Positions 8,127 to 17,826 of a stretch of 64,000 nucleotides of DNA are shown piece after piece. Under the pieces are notes generated by a model. It was not told where the DNA came from. It did no database searches and saw nothing but the letters and a program-made list of their open reading frames with translations. Source of the DNA: Acetofilamentum sp. Lineage in GTDB: Bacteria > Bacteroidota > Bacteroidia > Bacteroidales > DYOH01. A program made the translations under genes and the position numbers. Positions within the stretch are counted from its first letter, which is position 1, and the number at the start of each line of letters is the position of its first letter. Location: positions 11,848 to 75,847 of the forward strand of contig DYOH01000007.1 of the NCBI GenBank assembly GCA_020720625.1, in the 5' to 3' direction.

Positions 8127-9971
8127 TTAAAGTTGAATGCCAATAACCAATACATCGTCCATTTGTGCATTTTTTCCTTTCCATCTTACAAACTCTTCTT
8201 CTATAACTGATGATTGTTTTGAAAATGGCTCTGATTGTATTTGAGATAGAAATTGGGCAAATTGTTTGCGGGTATATCTTTTTTTGTTGCTATTATCAAA
8301 TTGATCAATAAATCCGTCGGAAAATAAATACAATGCTACTTGATCATCTTTGTGAAAACTAATTTCGTGTTGTTCAAAAAGTTTTTCTGTTTTGCGACTG
8401 TATCCGCCTATTGCGGCAGGCGAACCTTTGATTGTTAGTTGTTCGCCATTTACAAAATAAATAAGCGGATTACCTGCTCCTGCGAATTGAATTTTGTTTT
8501 GCTGATAATCTATTGTAACCAGGGCTATGTCCATTCCATCCCGATTATCTGTATGTTCTTGGTTTAATGAATTTCTAACGCCTTTGTCTAATTCAGACAG
8601 AATTAAACTTGGTTCAGACAGGTTTTCGTATTCTACGATTCGCGAAAGAATGTTATTGCCAATCATACTTAAAAATGCACCCGGCACGCCATGACCAGTG
8701 CAATCTACCGCAGCAATCACAATTTTTTTGTCTGTTTTTCCGTAATAAAAGAAATCACCGCTAACTACGTCGCGCGGTTTTAGTAAAATAAATCCATCTT
8801 TTACGAGATTACTTATTTTGATGGTTTTGTTTAGCATGGCTACCTGTATCAGTTTTGCGTATTGAATACTGGAGGTGAGTTTATTATTTAAGTCGTAAAG
8901 CAAATTGTTTGAACGCTCTAAGTCTTCGTTTTGTGTTTCTATTTCTTCTCTTTGTTGAGATATTTCGGTATTCAGCAATTTAAGCTTTTGGTTGTCTTTT
9001 CTTTTCATCCAATATGCATAAAACGCTAATAATCCTATTATTAAAACAAAGAAAACTACAAGTGCAAAAATAATGAAAGTTTTTCTTTTGTCTGCTTCTG
9101 CCTGGTTAATTTGAATTTCTTTTAAGATGGCATCGCGCTTAATAACCTCGAGTTCGAGTTCTTTTTTGCTCATATTTCGAAGCAATTTTTTGTTTGTGCT
9201 TTCTGTCTCTTCCAGCTCTTTTTCTTTTACTACTAATTCGCGTTTTTTAACCAAGAGTTCCAAACTGTCTCTAATGGCTTTTTCTTCAACAAGTTGTTTT
9301 CTAAGTCGTTCTTCTACCAAATCGCTGGTAATTTTTTTTACTTTGGTTTCAGTTACCAGTTCGTTAAAACTTTTGTAATAATCGAAATAATACATTGATT
9401 TTTCAAAATCGCCGGATTTTTGATAGGTTTCTGAGAGCATGCCATAGCAACTGCGCATTTGTTGAGCATCGTTTATTTCGCGCGAATAATCCAGAGCCAT
9501 TAGTAGTTTTTGAATAGACTCATCGTACCTGTTCAAATTATTTAATACCACCGACATGTTGATTAATGCTGAAATCATGCCTATTTTTTCGTTTTTTGCT
9601 TTGCGCACAACAAAGGTTTGTTCGAAATAGTTCAGCGATTCAATGTATTCTTTTTTATCTGCCAGGATTAAAGCTATATTACTGTTTATCATTGCTATAG
9701 CGTTTCTATTTCCCAGTCGGCTATTTAGCTCCAACGATTTTTTATAGTAAGATAAGGCTTCATTCAGATAGTTGTGTTCCCAGTATTTCATGGCCACCTG
9801 ATTGTAGTAGTCGCTTGCCTCTTTTAAATTGTTTTGTGTTTCGAGTTTCGAAGCACTTTCTTTATATTTGGTTATTATTGCACTATCTTGCCTCGAAAGC
9901 ATGACCTCTTGTGCTTGCCCAAATCTTGTACAAAAAATAAAGAAAAGAATCAAAAGAGATATTCTTATCAT
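8127..9971 (-). CDS. Exported-TPR / TM / PP2C (SpoIIE-family) serine phosphatase sensor
   Basis: 614-aa ORF. Layout: signal peptide, about 6 TPRs, coiled coil, TM helix (FIIFALVVFFVLIIGLLAFYAYW), coiled coil, PP2C domain. The PP2C motifs are intact: SGDFFYY, DCTGHGVPGAFLSMIG, DGMDIALV, LFSDGFIDQ, MDDVLVIGIQL. Confidence 0.85.
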   Translation of the reverse strand: MIRISLLILFFIFCTRFGQAQEVMLSRQDSAIITKYKESASKLETQNNLKEASDYYNQVAMKYWEHNYLNEALSYYKKSLELNSRLGNRNAIAMINSNIALILADKKEYIESLNYFEQTFVVRKAKNEKIGMISALINMSVVLNNLNRYDESIQKLLMALDYSREINDAQQMRSCYGMLSETYQKSGDFEKSMYYFDYYKSFNELVTETKVKKITSDLVEERLRKQLVEEKAIRDSLELLVKKRELVVKEKELEETESTNKKLLRNMSKKELELEVIKRDAILKEIQINQAEADKRKTFIIFALVVFFVLIIGLLAFYAYWMKRKDNQKLKLLNTEISQQREEIETQNEDLERSNNLLYDLNNKLTSSIQYAKLIQVAMLNKTIKISNLVKDGFILLKPRDVVSGDFFYYGKTDKKIVIAAVDCTGHGVPGAFLSMIGNNILSRIVEYENLSEPSLILSELDKGVRNSLNQEHTDNRDGMDIALVTIDYQQNKIQFAGAGNPLIYFVNGEQLTIKGSPAAIGGYSRKTEKLFEQHEISFHKDDQVALYLFSDGFIDQFDNSNKKRYTRKQFAQFLSQIQSEPFSKQSSVIEEEFVRWKGKNAQMDDVLVIGIQL

Positions 9972-10072
9972 TTTGATTTTTTTTATGAAATTTTTATTCG
10001 AATAAAGATATGCAAATTTATTTATTTTTGCGTTAAATATTTAGGAAAATAAAATAATTATTGATAAACTAT

Positions 10073-10918
10073 ATGTATCATATTAAATTAATGCTTGGTT
10101 TATTGTTTCTTACTCATTCTGCATTTGGTCAATGGGGAATAGATAAACACGTGCTGGCTGTAAAGGATTTAGAAATTCTGATTAAAAATGAAACCAAGGA
10201 CTCTCTTAAACTAGCCATATCAAAAAAAATGGAGAAAGAGATAACTAATATTTTGATGGACGAACACGCTTTTGATTTTGATTTCGATTTTAAATATATC
10301 GCTGCATTAAAGTCCGAAGATGGTTTATTTTTGGTTATTAGCTGGGCTATACCATTGAATAATGGTACGTTTCAAAATTTTGGATATTTTGCCTATTCTT
10401 ATGGACGCGGTAAAACAAAGATATATCAGTTTAAAATGCTCGCTGAACAGCTTAATAGCCCCGAAATGATGCGCAATGGAAAATCGGGATGGACGCCTGT
10501 TCAATATTATCGTTTGATTACTGTTGAAGATAAGCGCAAAACTTTTTATACACTTTTGGGCTGGGACGGTAAGGACGATTTGAGTAATGTGAAAGTGATT
10601 GATATTTTGCGATTTTCGAATTCGGGGACTATTTTAGTGGGCGATAAGATTATTTATGGAAAAGGTAAGTATTTGGGGCACCTGGAATTTGAATATCAGG
10701 AGAGGAGTATGATGAAACTGAATTATGAAAATGGCGCTATTGTTTTTGATCATCTGCAACCTATAGAACCTCAATATCAGGGTATGCCTCATTATTATGG
10801 GCCTGATGGAACCTACGATGGACTTATTTTTCAGGATGGACGCTGGAATCTTATTGAAGCCATTGACGTTAGAAACCCTAAAATGAAAGAAATTCCAAAA
10901 CCGAAAAAATCGTATTAA
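10073..10918 (+). CDS. Hypothetical exported protein
   Basis: The track ORF starts at a TTG at 10061; the first ATG is at 10073. Signal-peptide-like N-terminus ending in AFGQ. I recognise no family. Confidence 0.55.
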   Translation: MYHIKLMLGLLFLTHSAFGQWGIDKHVLAVKDLEILIKNETKDSLKLAISKKMEKEITNILMDEHAFDFDFDFKYIAALKSEDGLFLVISWAIPLNNGTFQNFGYFAYSYGRGKTKIYQFKMLAEQLNSPEMMRNGKSGWTPVQYYRLITVEDKRKTFYTLLGWDGKDDLSNVKVIDILRFSNSGTILVGDKIIYGKGKYLGHLEFEYQERSMMKLNYENGAIVFDHLQPIEPQYQGMPHYYGPDGTYDGLIFQDGRWNLIEAIDVRNPKMKEIPKPKKSY

Positions 10919-10989
10919 CGGTTTTTGTTTGTTTGATACTTAATTTTTGATTTAATCTGATTATTTTTACCTAAATTAATTGTACAGCA

Positions 10990-11421
10990 ATGAAAAATTT
11001 CAGTTTATTCATTATTTCAATCCTTTTTTTGCAGAATATGGATGCTCAGAATCAGAAGAACAGATTGATTGTGTATACCCACGACAGTTTGGCAGTTTTT
11101 CAGCTCTATGTTGATGGCAACAGATTGAATAGTTTTCATGTAGATAGCATTGCCATAGAAGATATTGACTCTGTTATGCTTACCATTAGTGTTTCATTTA
11201 AAGATTCTACTTTTGCAGATAAGACAGAAGAAGTTTCGTTTATCGAAACCCAAGAACGTATCTACGAAATAGTTGCTAAACCTGGTTTCATGCAGAGAGT
11301 GGCTAAAGGTGGCCGAAATATAGGTAAGCAATTAAAAATTGGGAAACACGGTAACGAAGAAAATCTCTACGATGTTTATTATCTGAAAGACAAGACAGTG
11401 CTAGAGCAGTATAAAAAGTAA
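10990..11421 (+). CDS. Hypothetical exported protein
   Basis: 143-aa ORF with a signal peptide ending in MDAQ. I recognise no family. Confidence 0.5.
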   Translation: MKNFSLFIISILFLQNMDAQNQKNRLIVYTHDSLAVFQLYVDGNRLNSFHVDSIAIEDIDSVMLTISVSFKDSTFADKTEEVSFIETQERIYEIVAKPGFMQRVAKGGRNIGKQLKIGKHGNEENLYDVYYLKDKTVLEQYKK

Positions 11422-11551
11422 TTTTGTATCAAGATTTAGATTGATACAAGGCATTTTCTTTTCAGATAATGCCTTTTTGTCATATTTGTACTATTGGCAT
11501 ATCCTTTGATTTCAAGCATCAAAATACTATAAAAAAATAAAATTTAGAATT

Positions 11552-13609
11552 ATGTCAATACAAACGGGTAAAATTGGTGTAACCACCGAAAATATTTTTC
11601 CGATAATAAAGAAATTTTTGTATTCGGAGCACGAAATTTTTCTTCGTGAGTTAGTATCAAATGCTGTTGATGCCACGCAAAAATTGAAGGCCTTGGCTCA
11701 ATCGGGCGAATTTAAGGGCGAATTGGGCGATTTAACCATTAGGGTAAGTATTGATAAAGAAAAGAGAACCCTTACTATTTCCGACAGTGGTTTAGGTATG
11801 ACTTCCGAAGAGATTGATAAATACATCAATCAAATTGCTTTTTCGAGTGCTAACGATTTTCTCGAAAAATATAAAGATAAGATTGAGAATATTATTGGCC
11901 ATTTTGGTCTCGGTTTTTATTCTTCTTTCATGGTGTCCGAAAAGGTCGAAATTCACACAAAATCGTGGCAGGATGGCGCAAAGGCAGTAAAATGGAGTTG
12001 TGATGGTTCGCCCGATTTTACAATAGAAGATATTGAAAAAGAAAATCGTGGTACCGACATTGTCCTTCATTTAGACAAAGATTCCGATGAATTTACAGAG
12101 GAAAGCCGTGTGGAAGGTTTGCTCAACAGATATTGCCGCTTTTTGCCCATTCCTATTGGATTTGGTAAGGAAAAGGAATGGAAAGACAACAACATGGTTG
12201 AAACCGGAAAAGATAAAATCATCAACGATTCCAATCCTATATGGAAGAGAACCCCTGCCGACTTAAAAGAGGAGGATTATACCCAGTTTTATAGTAAACT
12301 ATATCCTGGTCAGTCGGAGGCTATGTTTAATATTCACCTGAATGTAGATTATCCATTTAATCTTACAGGCGTTTTATATTTTCCGCGTTTAAAAAATAAC
12401 TTCGATATACAGCGTAATAAAATTCAGCTATATTCAAACCAGGTATTTGTTACAGATTCGGTAGAAGGTATTGTACCCGAGTATATGACTTTGCTGCATG
12501 GTGTGCTCGATTCTCCCGATATACCTTTAAATGTATCGCGCAGTTATTTACAAGGGGATCCGAACGTAAAAAAAATATCGAGTCATATTACAAAAAAAGT
12601 GGCCGATAAGTTGAAAGATATTTTTAAAAACGACCGCGAACAGTTTGAGAAGAAGTGGGACGATTTAAAACTTTTTGTGCATTATGGAATGCTTTCCGAC
12701 GAAAAATTCAACGAGAGATTACAAGAAGTAGCGCTATATAAAAATGTAGATAATAAATTTTTCACTTTCGAAGAATACAAAAATCTGGTTAAAGAAAATC
12801 AGACCGATAAACATAATAAAATTGTTTTCTTGTACACGCATAATAAAGATGAACAATATAGTTTTATTCAAACAGCAAAAAATCGCGGATATGATGTTCT
12901 TGTTCTGAATAGTCAGCTCGATGCTCATTTAATTCAAAATTTGGAAACCAAAAACACCGATATCCGTTTTGCCCGCGTAGATAGCGAAACTATCGATAAA
13001 CTGATTGAAAAGGATGTGGTTTATGAATCGAAACTGAGTAAAGACGAAGAAAACGATTTAATTCCGGTTTTTAAAGCTCATTTTACAAATAATGATTACT
13101 ATATTGTAGATTTTCATCCCATGAGCGAAGCTGAATTGCCTATAACCATTACACAGTCGGAATTTATGCGTCGTATGAAAGATATGGCTGAGCTTGGTGG
13201 AGGAATGAGTTTCTACGGCGATTTACCAAGTTCGTATAATTTGGTTGTGAATGCTAATCATCCGTTGGTTTTGCAAATAAACAACGAATGCAAACATGTT
13301 GCCTCTGATGAATTATCTAAAATTAAAGCCGAAATCAAAGATTTAGATAATCAGAAAGAAGCACTTGAGATTCTGCAAAAGGACAAGAAAGAGGAGGAAA
13401 TTCCGCAAGAAGAAAAAGATAAATTGGATGAAATCAACACCAAATCTGAAGCGCTCGAGAAGCAGAAAGAAGAAATTCTGACCAATTTCGGAAAAGGGCA
13501 AAAGATTGTGAAGCAATTGATAGATTTGGCTCTATTGGCAAATGGTATGCTAAAAGGAGAGCCATTAAGCCAATTTGTGAAACGAAGTGTTGAATTAATC
13601 GAAAAATAA
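11552..13609 (+). CDS. htpG: Molecular chaperone HtpG (Hsp90)
   Basis: 685-aa ORF. GHKL ATPase motifs: FLRELVSNAVDA, ISDSGLGMT, GHFGLGFYSSFMV. The middle and C-terminal dimerisation regions are collinear with HtpG. Confidence 0.95.
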   Translation: MSIQTGKIGVTTENIFPIIKKFLYSEHEIFLRELVSNAVDATQKLKALAQSGEFKGELGDLTIRVSIDKEKRTLTISDSGLGMTSEEIDKYINQIAFSSANDFLEKYKDKIENIIGHFGLGFYSSFMVSEKVEIHTKSWQDGAKAVKWSCDGSPDFTIEDIEKENRGTDIVLHLDKDSDEFTEESRVEGLLNRYCRFLPIPIGFGKEKEWKDNNMVETGKDKIINDSNPIWKRTPADLKEEDYTQFYSKLYPGQSEAMFNIHLNVDYPFNLTGVLYFPRLKNNFDIQRNKIQLYSNQVFVTDSVEGIVPEYMTLLHGVLDSPDIPLNVSRSYLQGDPNVKKISSHITKKVADKLKDIFKNDREQFEKKWDDLKLFVHYGMLSDEKFNERLQEVALYKNVDNKFFTFEEYKNLVKENQTDKHNKIVFLYTHNKDEQYSFIQTAKNRGYDVLVLNSQLDAHLIQNLETKNTDIRFARVDSETIDKLIEKDVVYESKLSKDEENDLIPVFKAHFTNNDYYIVDFHPMSEAELPITITQSEFMRRMKDMAELGGGMSFYGDLPSSYNLVVNANHPLVLQINNECKHVASDELSKIKAEIKDLDNQKEALEILQKDKKEEEIPQEEKDKLDEINTKSEALEKQKEEILTNFGKGQKIVKQLIDLALLANGMLKGEPLSQFVKRSVELIEK

Positions 13610-13631
13610 AATTAGTATTTTAGGTTGTTGT

Positions 13632-13673
13632 AGCCCGCAAATGATGCACCTTGCATGTTTGCGGGCTTTTTTT
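13632..13673. terminator. Terminator hairpin between convergent htpG and the hydrolase gene
   Basis: AGCCCGCAAA/TTTGCGGGCT stem with a 16-nt loop, followed by a T7 run. Confidence 0.7.
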
Positions 13674-13686
13674 ACAGAATAATTCT

Positions 13687-14898
13687 TTATGCCATATTAT
13701 TCTCTGCTAACCAATCAAATATTTTGTTGTATACTTCATCAAAATATAATAATTCCAAATGTCCCGTTTTATAAACAATTAATTTTTGATTTTCAGGAAA
13801 AATCAAATTATAATCTTTATTGGGATGTTCTCCAAGTGCACTCGACAAAGTAACCATTCCATCGCCAATTAGATGATGAGCACTTAATCCGGGATTTTGG
13901 GCAGTTATGGCTGCCACGGTATAACATTTTATATCATCGGGTAATGGTACTGGAATTCGTTTGTCGCCCTTGCTGAAAAAGCGATGATGGTTTTTCCAGT
14001 CGTCGTGGGTAATATTTCCATAGCGCATATCCGTAATTCCGGCGCTTCTAATTTGGCCGAGTTTAGATAAGGGAGCGGTGTATGGCTTGGCGGCCAATAA
14101 TTTATCAATCCAATTTCCTGCTTTTTCTAAAGGCGCACCATGATGGGGTGTTCCTAAAAATACGATTTTTGAAAGATTTTTGAGCCATTTTTTGTTTTCT
14201 TTTAATGCGAAGTAGCATGCACTTCTGCTTACCAGACCCCCCATGCTGTGTGCTAAGATATGAATTTCGGCTGAAATGTTGTTCGAGAAAGTTTTTTCAA
14301 GTAAATCAGATAAAAGCTTTCCATTTTCGGAAATATGAAGTCCGGTGTTGTAATGCAGGTATAGCGGTTTGTAGTTTAACGAAGCACTGAGAGCTTCTCC
14401 ATGGTTATGCTCATTCATTGTCCATTGTATGTCGTTCATGCAGGAACCATGTATCAGAATCAGAAACTTTTGATTCGATAAGGAAGAGTAATTTTTTAAA
14501 TCAGTTTCGTGCAATGGCGAACCGTTTTGCCTGAATTGCATTTTAATTGCCAACGAATTGTTCTGCAAAGCCAGATAATCGCCTAAAACGCCATTTAAGG
14601 CAGAGATAAAAGCTTCTCTGTTAGGGCTTGTTGTCTGGTCATCGAGAATTTTGCTTAGTTTGGAAAGCATTTCTTCTAATCCGTTGTTTACTCTTCCGGT
14701 AACGGCATAAATCAATTTGTAAATTAATCGCGGTATTCCTTTACTTCCGGCAATATATTTAATTCCAGGTATTGGAATCATGTCGGTAATGCGATAATGC
14801 ATAGCTTCTACTATTTTTGTAATCCCGGTTACAGCATTAAGCATTAGTTTTCCGCCATCGCGCAAATCATCAGAGACTTTAAATTTATTGTTTTCCAT
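13687..14898 (-). CDS. Alpha/beta-hydrolase (lipase/esterase-like, PGAP1/DUF676-like)
   Basis: 403-aa ORF. The nucleophile elbow is HILAHSMGGLVSR, with a downstream GTPHHG motif. Confidence 0.7.
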   Translation of the reverse strand: MENNKFKVSDDLRDGGKLMLNAVTGITKIVEAMHYRITDMIPIPGIKYIAGSKGIPRLIYKLIYAVTGRVNNGLEEMLSKLSKILDDQTTSPNREAFISALNGVLGDYLALQNNSLAIKMQFRQNGSPLHETDLKNYSSLSNQKFLILIHGSCMNDIQWTMNEHNHGEALSASLNYKPLYLHYNTGLHISENGKLLSDLLEKTFSNNISAEIHILAHSMGGLVSRSACYFALKENKKWLKNLSKIVFLGTPHHGAPLEKAGNWIDKLLAAKPYTAPLSKLGQIRSAGITDMRYGNITHDDWKNHHRFFSKGDKRIPVPLPDDIKCYTVAAITAQNPGLSAHHLIGDGMVTLSSALGEHPNKDYNLIFPENQKLIVYKTGHLELLYFDEVYNKIFDWLAENNMA

Positions 14899-15039
14899 TT
14901 ACCTAAACAAAAATTGATTCAGTTTTGTGGCGAAAGTTAATCATTATAAATTAGTTTTGATTAAATTGTTGTTGAACATATATGTAATAAAAACATATAA
15001 GACCTTTTAATCGTATAATTGCAGAAAATTTGGAATACA

Positions 15040-15540
15040 ATGAACCTTATATTTGTAAAAATTGCCATAGCCTTCGTGCTTATAAATTCCAATCCCGGCA
15101 AAATACGTACAACTGCAAACTCTGGTATAAAATGGATTAGTTTTGAGCAATTAGCAGTAAAAATGGCACAAAATCCTAAACCAATTCTCATACATGTGTA
15201 CACACCCTGGTGCGGCTATTGCAAAAGAATGGAGCAAACTACTTTTCAGGATGCTTCGGTGATAAATTACATTAATGCGCATTTCTATGCCATAAATATG
15301 AATGGTGAAGAAGCCCGGAATATTCGATTTAATGGAAAAGTTTACCAATATGATTATAATTATGAGCATCGGCGAAACGGAGCTCACGAATTGTTGATAG
15401 AACTGCTCAACAACGATATTTTATATCCATCGGAAATATTTCTTTCATCGGGCTATAATGTAAAATTAATAAAGAGAGGGTCGTCTACAAGCGCAAGCTA
15501 CCTTGAGTTATTAAAAGAATATATTGATAGCTTAAGCTAA
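15040..15540 (+). CDS. Thioredoxin-fold protein (CxxC)
   Basis: The track ORF starts at a TTG at 15019; an ATG at 15040 gives a hydrophobic N-terminus. The motif is YTPWCGYCKRM. Confidence 0.7.
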   Translation: MNLIFVKIAIAFVLINSNPGKIRTTANSGIKWISFEQLAVKMAQNPKPILIHVYTPWCGYCKRMEQTTFQDASVINYINAHFYAINMNGEEARNIRFNGKVYQYDYNYEHRRNGAHELLIELLNNDILYPSEIFLSSGYNVKLIKRGSSTSASYLELLKEYIDSLS

Positions 15541-15637
15541 TAAACACAAATAAAAGTGCTTAGATAAGTATGGGAAAAAATCTAAAAAAAAAACGTAATT
15601 TTTTTCAGATTTTTTTTTGCAGAAAAAAAAAAGCATG

Positions 15638-15645
15638 TATATTTG
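15638..15645 (+). promoter_or_regulatory. Bacteroidota-type -7 promoter element TATATTTG (TAnnTTTG) upstream of the tRNA pair
   Basis: Exact match to the TAnnTTTG consensus, 20 nt upstream of the tRNA-Gly 5' end. It is preceded by alternating A10/T7/T9/A10 tracts (15584-15632). Confidence 0.45.
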
Positions 15646-15665
15646 CACCGCATTAGAAAAGCAAT

Positions 15666-15739
<74 letters not shown>

Positions 15740-15753
15740 TTTTTTTTAAAAGG

Positions 15754-15839
15754 GCCCAGGTGGCGGAATAGGTAGACGCGCTGGACTTAAAATCCAGTGG
15801 CCATTAACGGCCGTACCGGTTCGATTCCGGTCCCGGGTA
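15754..15839 (+). tRNA. tRNA-Leu (anticodon TAA), type II with long variable arm
   Basis: Acceptor GCCCAGG/CCCGGGT (one A:C mismatch at 5:68, G:U at 1:72). D stem GCG/CGC. Anticodon stem CTGGA/TCCAG with loop CTTAAAA. Variable arm GGCC-ATTAAC-GGCC. T arm ACCGG-TTCGATT-CCGGT. Confidence 0.9.
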
Positions 15840-15843
15840 CAAT

Positions 15844-15869
15844 AGCGGAGTTCACGTCCGCTTTTTTTT
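15844..15869 (+). terminator. Rho-independent terminator after the tRNA pair (abuts the murI stop on the opposite strand)
   Basis: AGCGGA/TCCGCT stem with a 7-nt loop and a T8 run. Confidence 0.6.
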
Positions 15870-16689
15870 ATTTTGATATACACACTTTTTCAGCACTAAA
15901 TTCTTGTCCTAAAAATTTTTTTCCCCTTTCCTCAAATAAATGCGCATCTTCCGTGCTGAAATATTGTCTTTGCCCGGTTTTACGGCAATTAATGTCTATT
16001 TCGGGGTGTCGTAAAAAATAGTTTTTCAGACTTTGTGCAACAATTGTTCCTTGAGAAATAACCTTGATTTTTTTCGGCAAATTTTGCCTTATGTGGGCTT
16101 CCAATAGTGGGTAATGTGTGCAAGCCAATAATACGGCATCTATATTGCTATTTTTGCTCAAAAGGGTATTCAAATCTTTTTGTATAAAATAGTCGGCGCC
16201 TGTATTTTGATATTCGTCGTTTTCTACTAAAGGAACCCACATTGGGCAAGCATGTTGAGTTACATCAAAATCTGGGAACAGTTTTTTTATTTCGAGCAGA
16301 TATGAACCCGATTGCACTGTGCCGCTTGTTCCTAGAATGCCAATTTGTTTTGTTGTGGTAAATGAAGCCAATTCTTCTACACTGGGTCTTATTACCCCTA
16401 ATACTCTTTTGTGAGGACCAATGCGCGGTATGTCGTATCGCTGAATAGTTCTGAGCGCCTTTGCCGAGGCTGTGTTGCATGCAAGCAATACCAAATGAGC
16501 TCCCCTTGAAAATAGAAATTCTACTGCCTGACGAGTGTATTGGTAAATTACTCCGAAGGAACGGTTACCGTAAGGAGCCCTGGCATTATCGCCAAGGTAA
16601 ATATAATCGTATTGAGGAAGCTGAACAAGAAGCTCTTTTAAAATAGTTAGGCCACCATAGCCCGAATCAAATACTCCAATTGGTCCCAT
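15868..16689 (-). CDS. murI: Glutamate racemase
   Basis: 273-aa ORF. Motifs: GVFDSGYGGLT, LACNTASA and LACTHYPL (the two catalytic Cys motifs). Confidence 0.93.
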   Translation of the reverse strand: MGPIGVFDSGYGGLTILKELLVQLPQYDYIYLGDNARAPYGNRSFGVIYQYTRQAVEFLFSRGAHLVLLACNTASAKALRTIQRYDIPRIGPHKRVLGVIRPSVEELASFTTTKQIGILGTSGTVQSGSYLLEIKKLFPDFDVTQHACPMWVPLVENDEYQNTGADYFIQKDLNTLLSKNSNIDAVLLACTHYPLLEAHIRQNLPKKIKVISQGTIVAQSLKNYFLRHPEIDINCRKTGQRQYFSTEDAHLFEERGKKFLGQEFSAEKVCISK

Positions 16690-16701
16690 AGATTATCGGA
16701 T

Positions 16702-16738
16702 AAAAAAATACCTGCCAAATGTATTTATTTAGCAGGCC
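16702..16738 (-). terminator. Hairpin plus U-tract between ompH and murI (minus strand)
   Basis: The minus strand reads CCTGC-(16 nt)-GCAGG followed by TATTTTTTTA. It lies in the 72-nt gap between the ompH stop and the murI ATG. Confidence 0.45.
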
Positions 16739-16761
16739 TTTTGTTTAAAAATGAGGAAAAA

Positions 16762-17277
16762 TTATTGTAATCCTAATTCTTTTTTTACTAAAGCTGTTAC
16801 ATCTGAGCTTTCGGCAGAGAAATAAATAACTGCACCGCTGCTGATGTCGAAAATATAAAGATAGCCATTGGCTTCGCCCACTTTTTTGATAGCATCTTTT
16901 GCTTTTTTTGTAATTGGCTCAAATAATTTTGCCTGCTGCTGCTGTACTCTCTGATTAACAGAATTTTGGAATTCGTAAGCTCTGTTTTGCAAATCACTTA
17001 GTTCTTTTTCTTTGGTTTCTTTTTGCAAATCCGACATTTTCTCGAAATTATCCTGATAATCTTTAAGTTTTACATTATATTCCACCTGCATTTCGTCGAG
17101 CTGATTTTTTACTTCTTCGATAAATGCTTCTAATTCTTCTTGTGCGGTTTTAGTTTCCGGCATCAGTCCTATAAGCTCGCTCGAATTTATATGACCAAAT
17201 TTTGTCGGGGCCATAAATGCAACTCCCATAAAAGCTGCAATAACAATTAAAACAGTTGTGAATCCTTTCATTTTCAT
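16762..17277 (-). CDS. OmpH/Skp-family periplasmic chaperone
   Basis: 171-aa ORF with a signal peptide and a coiled-coil-rich Skp-like sequence, in the conserved position downstream of bamA. Confidence 0.85.
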   Translation of the reverse strand: MKMKGFTTVLIVIAAFMGVAFMAPTKFGHINSSELIGLMPETKTAQEELEAFIEEVKNQLDEMQVEYNVKLKDYQDNFEKMSDLQKETKEKELSDLQNRAYEFQNSVNQRVQQQQAKLFEPITKKAKDAIKKVGEANGYLYIFDISSGAVIYFSAESSDVTALVKKELGLQ

Positions 17278-17282
17278 ACAAT

Positions 17283-17810
17283 TTAATTTCCGTAACCTAA
17301 TTTATTTAAAATTTCATCGCTAATATCGTCTTCGGCTCTGTAATATAAAATCCCACCCGAAGCTATTTCTTTAATTTCTTGATAATTACCTTCTTTGCCT
17401 AATTCCTGAACGGCATTCCTGATATTGTCCATGATGGGTTCAATCAGTTCTTTTCTTTTTTGGTATAATTCGCCTTCTTCACCAAAATATTTCATACTTA
17501 AATCGCGCACAGCCTTCTCTTTGGCAATAATTTCGTCTTCGCGTTTTTTGCGCATATCATCAGAAAGCATGGCGTTTTCGGTTTCGTATTTTTTGTACAT
17601 TTCGCTCACCTGGTTTCTTCCATCCTGAACCTCCTGATTCCAGATTTTTTCAGCTTCGTCTATCTGGTTTTGAGCTGTTTCGTAGGCAGGAATATTTTTT
17701 AAAATATATTCCATATCTACATAACCGAAGTTTTCGGTTGAATATTGCGTGGCTGCCATAAAAACCATGGCCACAACCAGCAATAAATTAATTAAATACG
17801 ATTTTTTCAT
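17283..17810 (-). CDS. OmpH/Skp-family periplasmic chaperone (second copy)
   Basis: 175-aa ORF with a signal peptide and Skp-like coiled coil, tandem with the previous gene. Confidence 0.85.
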   Translation of the reverse strand: MKKSYLINLLLVVAMVFMAATQYSTENFGYVDMEYILKNIPAYETAQNQIDEAEKIWNQEVQDGRNQVSEMYKKYETENAMLSDDMRKKREDEIIAKEKAVRDLSMKYFGEEGELYQKRKELIEPIMDNIRNAVQELGKEGNYQEIKEIASGGILYYRAEDDISDEILNKLGYGN

Positions 17811-17826
17811 GTGATAATGGGTTTAG

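Noticed and set aside
15754-15839. A:C mismatch at acceptor positions 5:68 of tRNA-Leu, raising the possibility of a pseudo-tRNA.
   Set aside because: All other stems, the D, T and anticodon loops and the long variable arm are canonical. Single acceptor mismatches occur in functional tRNAs.
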